Shown: in pieces, positions 1-11,520 of the stretch
Layout: each line of letters opens with the position of its first letter
How positions within the stretch are numbered: position 1 is the first letter of the stretch
Notes under the pieces: generated by a model
What the model saw: only the letters and a program-made list of their open reading frames with translations
Told to the model about the DNA's origin: nothing
The model's database searches: none
Program-made: the position numbers and the translations under genes
Source of the DNA: Mobula hypostoma
Lineage: Eukaryota
NCBI RefSeq assembly: GCF_963921235.1
Contig: NC_086109.1
Span: 17,920,001-17,984,000, forward strand
Length of the DNA: 64,000 nucleotides
Direction of reading: 5' to 3'

Positions 1-347
1 TGCTTGCTCTGTTCTGTGTTGTTCTGCCAAGCTATGTTGGCGCTGGAATGTGTGGCAACACTTGCAGGCTGCTCCCAGTACATCTTTGGGTTGTGCTGAT
101 TGTTGATGCAAACAATGCATTTCACTGCATGTTTCAGTGTACGTGTGATAAATAAACAAATCTGAATCTGAATGACCTGCCCCCGTGACCACTCCTTAAG
201 TTCTCGTACTCATTAAATAATAATCTTAATGAGCAAATGGATGGGTCCCAGTACATGTAGATCACTAAGGTCTATTAAAGAAAACAAACTGACTGACACA
301 TGCACAATAATTTCAATTCATGTGAACTTTAAGAGGCATTGGATATA

Positions 348-469
348 CAGTACTGTGCAAACGTCTTAGGCACATAACTAACTAGGGTGCCCTGGGTCTA
401 CGAGACTTCAGGCTGAGGTAGTTGGAGGATATATATCTCCAGGGTGCCTAAGACATTTGCACAGTACTG
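348..469. mobile_element. Tc1/mariner-type MITE
   Basis: Terminal inverted repeats CAGTACTGTGCAAAcGTCTTAGGCAC ... GTGCCTAAGACaTTTGCACAGTACTG, flanked by TA on both sides. Confidence 0.85.
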
Positions 470-872
470 TAGTAATTTTATGTAATGCATGGTACTGTTG
501 CAAAAAGAAAACAAATTTCATGACATACGTGACTGACGATGAACCTGATTCTGATATAGGTCTCTACTGTGGGCTGAGAGTGGGAAGGGGCAGAGTGAGA
601 GGAATCATGGTTGGGAAAAGAGGAAGGGAGAGGGGAGGGAGCAGGAAGCACCAGAGAGACATTCTGAAATTATCAATAAACCAATTGATTGGAATCAAAG
701 GACTTTGACTGGTGTTTCAAAGCTGGATATGTCTGCACTCACGCCACCTCACCTCCCTGGTATTCCTTCTCTGCCACCTGTCCCACACCCTTCCCGAGGT
801 ACTCGGCCCTCACCATTCCCAACATTTTTTGCTCCCAACAGATTTACAAGCTCACTCTCCGCACCACGTATG

Positions 873-939
873 CAGTACGATGCAAAAGTCTTAGGCACCC
901 CAGTGATACATATGTGCCTAAGACTTTTGCACAGCACTG
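873..939. mobile_element. 67-bp Tc1/mariner-type MITE (same TIR family as 348-469)
   Basis: CAGTACgaTGCAAAAGTCTTAGGCAC ... GTGCCTAAGACTTTTGCACAGcACTG-TA; essentially two TIRs with a ~15-bp spacer. Confidence 0.85.
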
Positions 940-1400
940 TACATGGGATGAGTTTGGCCCTAAAGGATGCTTTCTGGTGCTGTACAGCTCTATGACTAAA
1001 TGTGAAGATAAGTTCTGAGCTAGGGGATAAAAAACGGTGAGGTGGAATTGGCCGGTCAGTTCTTTCAAGCAACTGGACGCAATAGACAAAATGGCCTGTT
1101 CTCATGATTAAAACAAGAGGGATAATTTAAGAAGAGATACAAAGGAAAGTTGTCACTGTGTGGCCTGAAAGTTCGGAAAGGCTTATGAAACTAATTATGC
1201 CAATTACCTTAAAAGCTTTGTCCCGACGTCCACAATATTTCAAACCAGGCCCAGAGATGAAAGTGCAATGAACTGCATTTAGCCCCGGGTCTTACAAATG
1301 AAAGGATAAACTGGTACCTATTTACAGCCAGGAAGCTGTCCGATCCACACCCCAGATGTGAAAAGGCACATAGCCTCTCTCAAATCTCCTGTTACAAAGA

Positions 1401-1486
1401 GACTCTGAGAACGATGTACAAATTGAACTCATGCAGGCTTTCATCTCTTTTGTGTGGACTTAATTTGTACATAATTCTCAGAGGTC
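1401..1486. ncRNA. Candidate pre-miRNA-like hairpin (family not recognised)
   Basis: 1403-1435 pairs with 1451-1483: 29 of 33 positions pair on the + strand (25 Watson-Crick, 4 G-U), with a ~15-nt loop; lies in otherwise repeat-free sequence. Confidence 0.35.
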
Positions 1487-1797
1487 AGTGTGCAATTGCC
1501 CTGCACTAGAGTTTGGGTGCGTTTCATTAATTCCCACTGTTGCCTCAAGGTCTGGATAACGTATTTGTGTTTTAATACCATAGCAACATCTTTGCCCACA
1601 ATCCATCACCATCAGTTGCTCACATTACCACAAACAGTGATGACAGTCTCGTCATATGGATTATGACTGAGGTTAGAAATCCCAAAATACAAATCCTATA
1701 AAGCCATCTTCTACCTCTTGTGGTTTGGTAGGCACATCGTCCCATCATTTCCATGTCAGCACTATTATGCCTCACTGATACCTGAATGATAAATACA

Positions 1798-2372
1798 CAC
1801 TCAGTGGCCACTTTATTAGATACCTACTGTAGGTACCTAATAAAGTGGTCACTGAGTGTATGTTCATGGTCTTCTGCCACTGTTGCCCATCAACTTCAAA
1901 GTTTAACGTGTCGTGCGTTCCGACATGCTCTTCTGCACACCACTATTGTAGTGTGTAGTTATCTGAGTTACTGTTGCCTTCCAGTCAGCTTGAACTATTT
2001 TGGCCACTGTCTGCTGACTTCTCTCATTAACGAGGCGCTTTCACCCATCGAACTGCTGTCCACTGGGTGTTTGTTTTATTTTTCACACCATTCTCTGTAA
2101 AAGTCCAGAGACTGTTGTGTGTGAAAGTCCCAGGAGATCAGCAGTTCCTGAGATACTCAAACTACCCCATCTGGACAAACAATCATTCTATGGTCAAATT
2201 CACTTACATCACATTTCTTTCCCATTCTGATGTTTGGTCTGAACAACAACTGAGCCTTTTGACCATGTCTGTATGCTTTTATTAACTGAGTTTCTGCCAC
2301 ATGGTCGACTGATTAGATATTTACGCTAACGAGCAGGTATACAGGTGTACCTAATAAAGTGGCCACTCAGTG
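1798..2372 (-). mobile_element. Non-autonomous Tc1-like element (truncated transposase, three TIR copies)
   Basis: TIR CACTCAGTGGCCACTTTATTAG at both ends plus an internal copy ending at 1858; reverse complement of 6314-6874. Confidence 0.85.
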
Positions 2373-2884
2373 TAGTATTCCTCGTGTGTAGTTGTTACTA
2401 ATGTATGGTCACTTGGGAACAGAATAGTTTGACATTGACATCTAAATGGACTACTGCAGACAAAATATTTGAACTAATTAAGTAGCTTAATAAATGATCT
2501 TCTCTGTTAAATTGAGTGAATAGCTAATGGGAATGTATGAAACACTATTTAACTATTACTGGGTGGCTGATCTCATAAGTCACAGGATCCCTTAATCATC
2601 TGTCAGATTGTAGGTCATTGGTTAAATATAGCATGCACCCCATCATGTATTCTATTTATACCTTGCATTTAACTACACTTACTTCCAATATGAAGTGCAT
2701 CTAGTCTATTAATTTAGGAACACATTTTTCAAACTTACTTTCTGAGCGGTTTCTCTCAAGATTTCTAAGAGATGCTACAAACTCACTAGTGTCTCTATCA
2801 GTTGTTCTATCTTGGTTCTGTTTTCGAGTCCTTGAGTTAAACTGCTGGGAGCAGGCCTTTTGAACTAACTTGTCCATTCTGACC

Positions 2885-3070
2885 AATACGCACAAAATGC
2901 CAGAGAAATTCAGCATTTATGGAGGGAAATAAACAGTTGACGTTTCAGGCTGAGATCCCCTTCTTCAGGACTGGAAAGCAGGGGATAGCTGCTGCCAGAC
3001 TTGCTGAGTTCCTCCAGCACTTTCTATGTGTTGCTTGAGCTTTCCAGCATCTGCAGAATCTCCCATGTTC
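2885..3070. mobile_element. Penelope-like element terminal-repeat fragments in inverted arrangement
   Basis: Inverted arm (CACAAAATGC...GTTGACGTTTCAGGCTGAGATCCCCTTCTTCAGGACTGG) followed by sense arm (TGCTGAGTTCCTCCAGCA...TTTCCAGCATCTGCAGAATC); same family as 39060-39644. Confidence 0.65.
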
Positions 3071-3630
3071 CATACTGAAGAAGTTGCCTACGTGAACTTG
3101 TCCCATTTTCCTATGTTTGGCACATACCACTCTCCAACTTTCCTATCCTCGAATCTCCACCTGTCCTATCCTCAAATGGTGTACCACTTTGGTTTTCTGT
3201 CAATTAGTAAGGAGACTTTAGAACTCATGACATGATTTGACCTGATTACCTTCCTCTCAGCCATAGTGCCATGATATAAAACAGATGGCTAAAATGGATT
3301 GGTAGGTACAATACCATCAAGAGCCACGGTGAGCTATGATTCTCCTGCCACAGGGTTAACAAGAGGCAAAATGTTTTGCTGCAGCTTTCATTTGGATAAA
3401 TGTACAGTGCCAACTGATAAAGATGGTGTGACTATAAGACTGGTGGCCTCTCTGCATTAAGCCAAGATCCAGTGCAGAATTATATTGTTGCAGATGTTAC
3501 TGTAGAACAGACTAGGTGATGCGGCTTCATTATCGAATCAAAGCCTTATGGCGGTATTGTGACTGAGCTATTAATTCAGGTGCGAATTTGTTACTCAGTA
3601 GCAGTCACTCATCTTCTTGTGTGATATCTA

Positions 3631-4189
3631 CTCTCAGTGGCCACTTTATAAGGTAGCTCCTGTACCTAGTAATATGGCTGCTGAGCTAACGTCCATGGTC
3701 TTCTGCTGCTGTAGCCCATCCGTTTCAGGTTCGACGTGCTGTGTGTTCACAGATGCTTTTCTGCACACATATTGTTGTAACGTGTGGTTATTTGAATTAC
3801 TGTTGCCTTCCTGTCAGCTTGAACCAGTCCGGACATCATGCTTTGAACTCTGTCATTAACAAGGCACTTTTCCAAAAAGCTACTGCTCACTGCATGTTTT
3901 TTTTTTGTTTTTCATACCATTCATCTTTAAACTCTAGAGACTGTTGTGCATGAAAATCCTAGGGGATCAGCAGTTTCTGAGATACTCAAACCCACCCATC
4001 TGGCACCAACAATCATTCCACAGTCAAAGTCACTTAGATTCCATTTCTTCCCCATTCTGATGTTTGGTCTGAACCTTTTGACTATGTCTGCATGCTCTTA
4101 TGCATTGAGTTGCTGGCCCATGATTGACTGATTGGATATTTGTATTAATGAGCAGGTGTACAGGTACCAAATAAAGTGGTCACTGGGTG
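3631..4189 (-). mobile_element. Non-autonomous Tc1-like element
   Basis: Same TIRs and internal sequence as 1798-2372; TA flanks. Confidence 0.85.
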
Positions 4190-4234
4190 TATATTGGCCC
4201 AGTTGGAAACACCCTGACATTTCAGTCCGCCCAA

Positions 4235-4545
4235 ACCAAGACCAACACTGAGTACAGTACTCAAGGTCCTGCACGGTTGGAGGTTTTATTTCGACATTAA
4301 ACCCAAATCTTGTCTCCTTTCTTAGTAACACTTGGAAGATTGTGTGACCTTGCTTAGAGAAAAGATGGAGTTTTCCCAAAGGTCCTGGGGAATAGTTTTC
4401 CCTCCATAGACAACAAGATTATCTGGTCATTATGATTTGTGTTAATGCTATGGGTAACATGTTATCTGCACTGCTAGGTCTATAATTACCTTATTAATTA
4501 TAGTGCATTTTGTAATTTTCTGGATTTACAAAAGGTGCTGCATAA
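4235..4545 (+). mobile_element. Degenerate Deu-domain SINE (SacSINE1/AmnSINE1-like)
   Basis: Motifs AGTACAGTACTCAAGG...TGCACGGTTGGAGGT, GGTCCTGGGGAATA...CCCTC and AGATTATCTGGTCATTAT resemble the DeuSINE consensus as I recall it. Confidence 0.5.
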
Positions 4546-5030
4546 GACTCTAATACTACAATAGAAATATTGGCTAAGGTAAAAGATTCTGGATTCAGAA
4601 TAACATGAAAACTCACCTGAAGTTTTTCTTCCCTGTTCTTATGCAATTGGAAATCTTTCAATTATGTTCCAACTGGCAGAAGCCTTCTAATTGTCCATCA
4701 CTGTGCATGTTTAAGAGCCAGCTAATCTCTCTAATTAATCAATGTTATTTATGCATTTGAATGCTACTAATTACAAAAAGGTATCTCCTTTATCTTCTTC
4801 TTAGCTAAGCCCTGGGGGTTGAGGATGGCTTTCTCCGAGTCCAGTTTTGTAGGTTCTGCTACGCACTTGGGACAAGACCTGCTTGGTAGAGCAGATGGGT
4901 AGATTCCATGTTCCTTCCATTATATATGCTGGAATTTGACATATTTTCAACAAAGAGGCATGTTTATGAATGGTCCTTTCCATTGTGAGTCATCATAGGC
5001 CAGGGTTTCCACAGACCCATGGATACGTTA

Positions 5031-5620
5031 TTAGATTAGATTAGATTATGAGGACACGCAGTCCTCTTTTATTGTCATTTAGTAATGCATGCATTAAGGA
5101 ATGATGCAATATTCCTCCGGTGTGATATCACAGAAACACAGGACAGACCAAGACTGAAAAACTAACAAAAGCCACATAATTATAACATATAGTTACAACA
5201 GTGCAACAATACCGTAACTTGATGAAGAACAGGCCATGGCACAGTAAAAAAATTCAAAGTCTCTCGAAAGTCCCACATCTCACGCAGAAGAGAGAAGGAA
5301 GAAAACTCTCCCTGCCATGCCCGACCACAGACCGACTCTTGAGTCGTCTGAAAACTTCGAGCTCTGATCAGCCCTCTGACACCAAGTACCGAGCACCATC
5401 TCTGCCGAACGCTTCAACCTCAGCCTCAGTCGCCAGCAGCAGGCAAAGCCGGGCATTTTGGGGCCTTCCCTCCAGAGATTCTCAATCGCACAGTAGCAGC
5501 GGCAGCAAACCAGACATTTCAGAAATTTCTCCAGATGTTCCTCGCTTCTCACGTCTGTCTACATCAAATCAGAATTGTGCACGGCATCCTACTTACAGAT
5601 ACGATATCATTTCACCGGAG
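5031..5620 (-). mobile_element. LINE 3' UTR fragment with (ATCTA)n tail
   Basis: TTAGATTAGATTAGATT tail then TTTATTGTCATT (AATAAA on minus), the same tail type as the Rex/Babar copy at 30786; imperfect TA(C/T)GTTA flanking duplication. Confidence 0.6.
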
Positions 5621-6313
5621 CTATGTTATAAGGAGGCTTTGGGAACATGTTTGCATTGTTTTTCTTTTGCCCACTTGGTAATCTCTTCCTTTGATGGAGC
5701 TTGAAGCAGAATGTCTGATTTGGGAGTCCGACACCTGACATACGTGTGAGGTGCTTTGCTGTTCAGAGCTGATAGGGCTGGGGGATGTTGATCTGGGGAG
5801 GGATGATGTTTGCTTGACTTGCCAGCAGATTTGAAGATGTTTTCAGAGACAATGTTGGCAACACCTCTTCAGTATCTTGTCATATCTGCTTAGGTAGTCG
5901 ATGTAACTGAAGAAAACGGGTGGGGGACGTCATTTCTTTCAGGATTTGAGATCCTCATCTTCAGACATACTGATTTATTCAGGTAACTAAAAACCATGGT
6001 AGATTGATGGGTGCCTTGGTTGCAAGATGGGCTGTGAGACATGAGAATAGTCATCATGATCTTCAAACATCACTTGCTGAGAGCATTTTGAGACCCATTC
6101 CCCCCCCCCATTCGCTCAGAGTCCATATACCTGTTCACATCTCACAAAATAATACACAGAATGTCAATTTAATAAGTTTGTATTCCTGATTTTTTAAAAA
6201 TCTGGTCATTTGTGATTGTTTTTATATTATGTTTTGTATTAAATTATGAAGCAGAGAAGGCAAAAGAATCAAAATCAAAATAAAATAGAAATGGCATCAG
6301 AGTTTGTGAAATA

Positions 6314-6874
6314 CACTCAGTGACCACTTTATTAGGTACACCTGTACACCAGCTTATTAATGCAAATATCCAATCAACCAATCATGTGGCAGCAACTCGG
6401 TGCATAAAAGCATGTACACATGGTCAAGAGGTTCAGTTGTTCTTCAGACCAAACATTAGAATGGGGAAGAAATGTGATCTCAGTGACTTTGACCGTAGAA
6501 TGATTGTTGGTGTCAGATGGGGTGGTTTGAGTATCTCAGAAGGTGGGATCTCCACACACATCAGTCTTTAGAGTTTACAGAGAATGGTGCGAAAAGCAAA
6601 AAAAAAAATCCAGTGAGCAGCAGTTTAGTGGGCGAAAATGGCTTGTTAATGAGAGAGGTCAGAGAAAAATTGGCCAGACTGGTTTAAGCTGACAGAAAGG
6701 TGACAGTAACTCAAGAACCACACATTACAATAGTGGCGTGCAGAAGAGCAACTCTGAATGCACAACACATTGAACTTTGAAGTGAATGGGCTGCAGCAAC
6801 AGAAGACCATGAACATACATTCAGTGGTCTCTTTATTAGGTACAGGAAGCACCTAATAAAGTGGCCACTGACTG
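6314..6874 (+). mobile_element. Non-autonomous Tc1-like element with transposase N-terminal remnant
   Basis: TA-flanked TIRs. From ATG 6461 it reads MGKKCDLSDFDRRMIVGVRWGGLSISE..., later ADRKVTVTQ and MGCSNRRP, the Tc1 paired-type DNA-binding region. It is cut off by a TIR-TIR mini-palindrome at 6818-6874; no DDE domain. Confidence 0.9.
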
Positions 6875-7769
6875 TATAAACAATAAGATTGTAACGTTCT
6901 CAAAAACTGAAGGAACTAGAGTTGAGAAAAATGGCACAATTCACAAAGAAAGTATTACATTTTATGTATGTTAATATTTATGATGTTATAAATGTCACTA
7001 GTTGCAGACACTAATTATCACATGGAGCTATGACATAATTGCATTATTAGAGATATTGCTGTTATGAGTTCTCTATAAATCTTGCTACCAGGTATTTAGG
7101 AATTATGGAAAAGGAAGAGTGGGTGTGGTAATATTAACAAGGAAAGGTGGTAGTGTTCTAATAAAAAAAATACACTAGCTCTCATTTAGCTTAAATTGAG
7201 GAAAAGTGGAGAGCCATTAGATTGTTGGGAATTTTTTATATGCGGATTTCCTAATGCAGAAATAGATGATGTAATACTGTTTATTGGTAAATTTTAACAC
7301 TACACAACCAAGATTAAGTATTGTAACACAGACAATGGGAAATACGGAGCTTGAGTCAGGAGGAAATTTGTAACAGTGAATCTTTTTGTTACATGTCTAC
7401 AGTCAAACAAGAAAAGAAGCTGCTTTGGATCTAGTTCTGAGAATTGACAGACGGATCCTGTTACAATAGGAGATTGTCTGGCTAACAGTGCCCACGACGT
7501 AACCTAGTTTTTAATAGTTACAACAGGAAATATCAATGGTAAAAATGCTCAACAAAGGAAGAGCTAATGAACTTACGAAGTGGCGCAACACAGTTAGACA
7601 GGAAAAGCGATATCAGGATGGATGAAAAAGTAACAGCAATGAAAGGCATTCAGAAAAGAGTGAGCATGGGTGAATTTTGGTCATAAATCTTTGAAGAGAA
7701 AAGACCGCAAAGGGAAAAAGATACATTGTGCCTGTACGAGAGAAAAAAAAGTTATAATAGGTGAAAGAG

Positions 7770-8075
7770 GGTTAAGTCCCCTTACAGTGACTTGGCACAA
7801 AAATCTAGGCTGGCATTCAAGTCTGAGGGAGTGCTCGAGAGCTGCTTTGTTGTTGAAGCTGCCTTTTGAATAAAATATTCAGCTAAAGACCACTCCTTTC
7901 TCTTAAGGTAATGAAAACGTTCTATGACACGATTTCAAAGAGGAGCAGAGAAAGTATTTCCAAGTCTGATACGTATCCCTCGTTGAACATGACTAAAACT
8001 GATCATCGATTATTTATGGCATCTTGCTGTGCATACATTGGTATGTTTAATTTCTATATTACAACAAGGACTATT
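7770..8075 (+). mobile_element. Degenerate Deu-domain SINE (SacSINE1/AmnSINE1-like)
   Basis: GGTTAAGTCCC...GACTTGGCACAAAAATCTAGGCTGGCA...CTGAGGGAGTGCT...GAGGAGCAG...ATCCCTC...ACTAAAAC...ATCTTGCTGTGCATACATTGG...ATTACAACA follows the order of the DeuSINE consensus. Confidence 0.6.
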
Positions 8076-8623
8076 TTTAAAAATCCATTGTTTGTGATCA
8101 GCTCTGTTTGCTGTGCCGTAGCTGCGAAAGGAGAGACTGAACAACTGATGGATCCAATCACAAACCCCAGCCATCACTTGCACTTGCGAACACTGTACCA
8201 GAATATGTGGATCCCGGATCAGCCTCTACAGCCACCTGAGGACCCACTAATAGACAACCCCTTAGAAGAACATCATCCTCGACCAAGTGATTGCACTATT
8301 CACTACTAGGTTGTTGTTAAGGTGATAAATAAATTTTTCAGTGACAGGGAAAAACGTGGTCATGGATAAAGGAGTTTCAAATGAACTGGGATTGCAGTGA
8401 TGTTCCCAAGGCTCGGTTTGCATCCCTTACTCTTTACAACTTTTATAGAGAATTAGTTCCGAAGAGTATCATTATACAGATGGCAGATGTTACAAAACTT
8501 GCTGCAGAGATCAACGGTGGGACTTCATCATTTTTACAATTTTTATAAATGACATAGTACGAAATTTGCTGATGATGCCAAGGTAGGTAGGAAGTTTGCC
8601 TCATCAGCAAGTTTAGCAAGCTG

Positions 8624-10430
8624 AATCAGAATTAGATTTAATATCACTGGCATATGTCAGGGAATTTGTTGTTTTGCGGCAGCAGTATATTGCAATACAG
8701 GATATTAAAACCTACAAATTACAAAACCAAGTACAGTATATAGTTAAAAAAAATTAAATTAATGTAGTGCAAAAAGAGAGGGAAAAATACTGAAGTAGAA
8801 TTCATGGGGTCAATGTCCATACAGAAATCTGATGGTGGAAGGGAAGAAGCTGTTCCTGAAGCGTGTGTTTCTTCAGGCTCCTGTACCTCCTCCTTGATGG
8901 CTGCAATGAGAGGAAGGCATGTTTTGGGTGATGGGGTTCTTAATGATGGACCCTCCCATTTTGAGGCAAAACGTTTTGAAGGTGTCCTGGATGCTGGGGA
9001 GTCTAGTGCCCATGATGGAGGTGGATGAGTTTACAACTTTCTGCAGATTTTTCCGATCCTGAACAGTGGCCCTTCCATACCAGACTTCTTTTGCGAGTGT
9101 CTTTCGTGACATACTAGTTCTCCTCAACGCCCTAATGAAATGTAACTCTGTTGTGCCTTCTTTGTAATTGCATCAATATGTTGGGCCCAGGATTAGATCC
9201 CCAGAGATGCTGACCCCAGGACCTTGAAGCTGCTCATCCTTTCCACCTCTCATCCCTTGAAGAGGACTGGTGAGTGTTTCCTCATCGCCATCTGAAATTC
9301 TGCCAACCATAGTTGTGCCGTTGGCAAATTTATGGATGGCGTTTGAGCTGGGCCTGGCTACACAGTTGTGGGTGGAGAGACAGTGGAGGAACGGGCTAAC
9401 CACACATCCTTGGGGTGCACAAGTGTTGAATGTCAACGAGGAGAAGATGTTTCTGATCCACACAGACTGTGGTGTCCCGGTAAGGAAGTCAAGGATTCAG
9501 CTGCAGAGGGAGGTACAGAGACCTTGGTTTTGGAGCTTGTTCATTAGACCTGGGGGTATGATTGTGTTGACAAGAGCCAATGAGATTGCGTCTGCAGTAG
9601 ACCTTTTGTGGCGACAGGCAAACTGCAGTGGGTCTGGGTCCTTCCTGAGGCAGGAGTTAACTCTGGCCATGACCAACGTCTCAAAGAATTTCATCACAGT
9701 AGATGTGGGTGCCAGTAGTCGATAGTCATTGAGGCAGCTCATCCTGCTCTTCTTGGGCACTGGTGTGTTTCTTGCCCTTTTGAAGCAGGTGGGAGATCGA
9801 AAATGCCCTTGAACACTCCGCCAGTTGGTTGGCACAGGTTTTCAGTGTTCTACCACCTGCACCATCAGTGCCTGACGCCTAGTAAGGGTCACCCTCTTGA
9901 AAGGTTCTCTGACTTCAGCCTCCAAGTCAGAGATCACAGTGTCACCAGATACTGCAGGGATTCACACAACTGTAGTTTCATCCTCCCTTTCAAAGCATGC
10001 ATAAAAAGTGTTGAGTTCACCTGGGAGTAAAACATCATAGCCATTCATGATGTTGGGTTACACTTTGTAGGAAGTAATAGCCTGCAAACCCTGCCAGGGC
10101 TGACGTGCACCCGGTTCCATCTCCAACCTCAATCGGAATTGCTTTCTCACCCTTAAAATAGGTCGTACTTGGACTGCTCTTGAATACCACAGATTGAGCC
10201 CTCAGCAGTCTATGAATCTCCTGGTTCATGCACGGCTTTTAGTTTGGGTATGTCTGGTATGTTCTGGAAGGCACATTCTCATCCACACAGGTCTTGATGA
10301 AGTCAGTGACAACTGTGGTGTACTCATTCAGACTCAAAGGTAAATCCCTGAATATTCACTCAGAGCAGCTCCGTATGTGCTTCTCTGACTCCCTTGACCA
10401 TACTTTCTTGGTCCTCACCACTGGTGCTAT
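8624..10430 (-). mobile_element. Rex1/Babar-type LINE, degenerate RT and 3' end
   Basis: Minus-strand ORF pieces PVPKKSRMSCLNDYRLLAPTSTVMKFFE, DPLQFACRHKRSTADAI, APQGCVVSPFL...HKFANGTT; (TTCTGA)-type tail at 8624. Confidence 0.85.
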
Positions 10431-10479
10431 GTCATATATTTAAACTGTACAACCATCTCATTTATTCAAATTGTAAAAA

Positions 10480-11520
10480 GATGAAGTCATGCCATTGATG
10501 ATGAGGACGTACTATCGCTGCAGGGGGATATGGATAGGTTATCTGAGTGGGTCCGGCAAGTGGGGTATAACATGGGGAAACGTGAAACTGTCCATTTTGG
10601 CAGGGAAAAGTGAAGTCTATTTCTAAACGGTGAGAGACAGCAAGAGCTCTGAAATGCAGAGGGATCTGGGTGTCCCAGTGCATGTTTGACATAAAGCTAA
10701 GATGCAAGTACAACCAGGGCGGCGTAGTAGCCTAGTGGTTAGCACGACGCTTTACAGTGCAGGCGACCCGGGTTCAATTCCTGCCACTGCCTGTGAAGAA
10801 TTTGTGCATTCTTCCTGTGAACGTGTGGGTTTTCTCTGGGTGCTCTAGTTTCCTCCCACAGTCCAAAGACGTACTGGTTAATTGGACACTGTAAATTGTC
10901 CTGTGATTAGGCTAGGATTAAATCGGGGGATTGCTGGGTGGTGCGGCGCAAAGGGTCGCAAGGGCCTATTCCACACTGTATCCCAATAAATAAAATAAAA
11001 AATAAAGTAAGTGGGAAAGTCAACAGTGTTACTGTTAATTGCAATTGAATTGAATACAGAAGTAAGAAGCTTATGTTTCATTTCTACAGGGCACTGGTGA
11101 AACCACATCAAGAGTGTTGTGTCTAGTATTGATTCCCTTACTTAAGGATGTTAAATATGTTGGAAACTTTTAAGACAAGGTTTGCTTGATTAATGCCTGG
11201 AATGACAAATTTTCTTATGAAGAAAGTTTAGGTACGCTGTGCTTACAGTATATCCAGTGGAGCTTAAAAGACTTAGTGGCAATACGAGTGAAATGTACAG
11301 GATAATGAACAATTTTGTTGACAAGGTAGATGAAGAAATTAGGAGAGGCTAGATCTAACACTGTTTTAAAATAAGGGCATCCCTATCTAAAACAGAGTCG
11401 TGGTATTTTCTTATTCTTCCAGTAATCCGGAAAGGTATTACAGATACATTTAAGTTTAAATAGACATATTTACAAAGGTTCTGGCATTAGATCACTCATC
11501 AACCATGATCTTATTAATTT
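10480..11520 (+). mobile_element. Old CR1 LINE 3' part, interrupted by a SINE
   Basis: GCAGAGGGATCTGGGTGTCC and CTACAGGGCACTGGTGAAACCACAT align with the CR1 copy at 23168-24480. Confidence 0.6.
10717..11006 (+). mobile_element. tRNA-derived V-SINE (HE1-like)
   Basis: A box TAGCCTAGTGG, B box GGTTCAATTCC, V-domain GGGTGCTCTAGTTTCCTCCCACAGTCCAAAGAC, CR1-like tail AAGGGCCTATTCC...CTGTATC and A-rich end. Confidence 0.85.

Noticed and set aside
5201..5704. 167-aa Ser-rich ORF
   Set aside because: Lies antisense within a LINE 3' UTR fragment; non-ATG start and no recognisable domain.
10717..10790. tRNA genes here and at about 33825-33897
   Set aside because: The A/B boxes belong to SINE heads followed by SINE bodies and tails.
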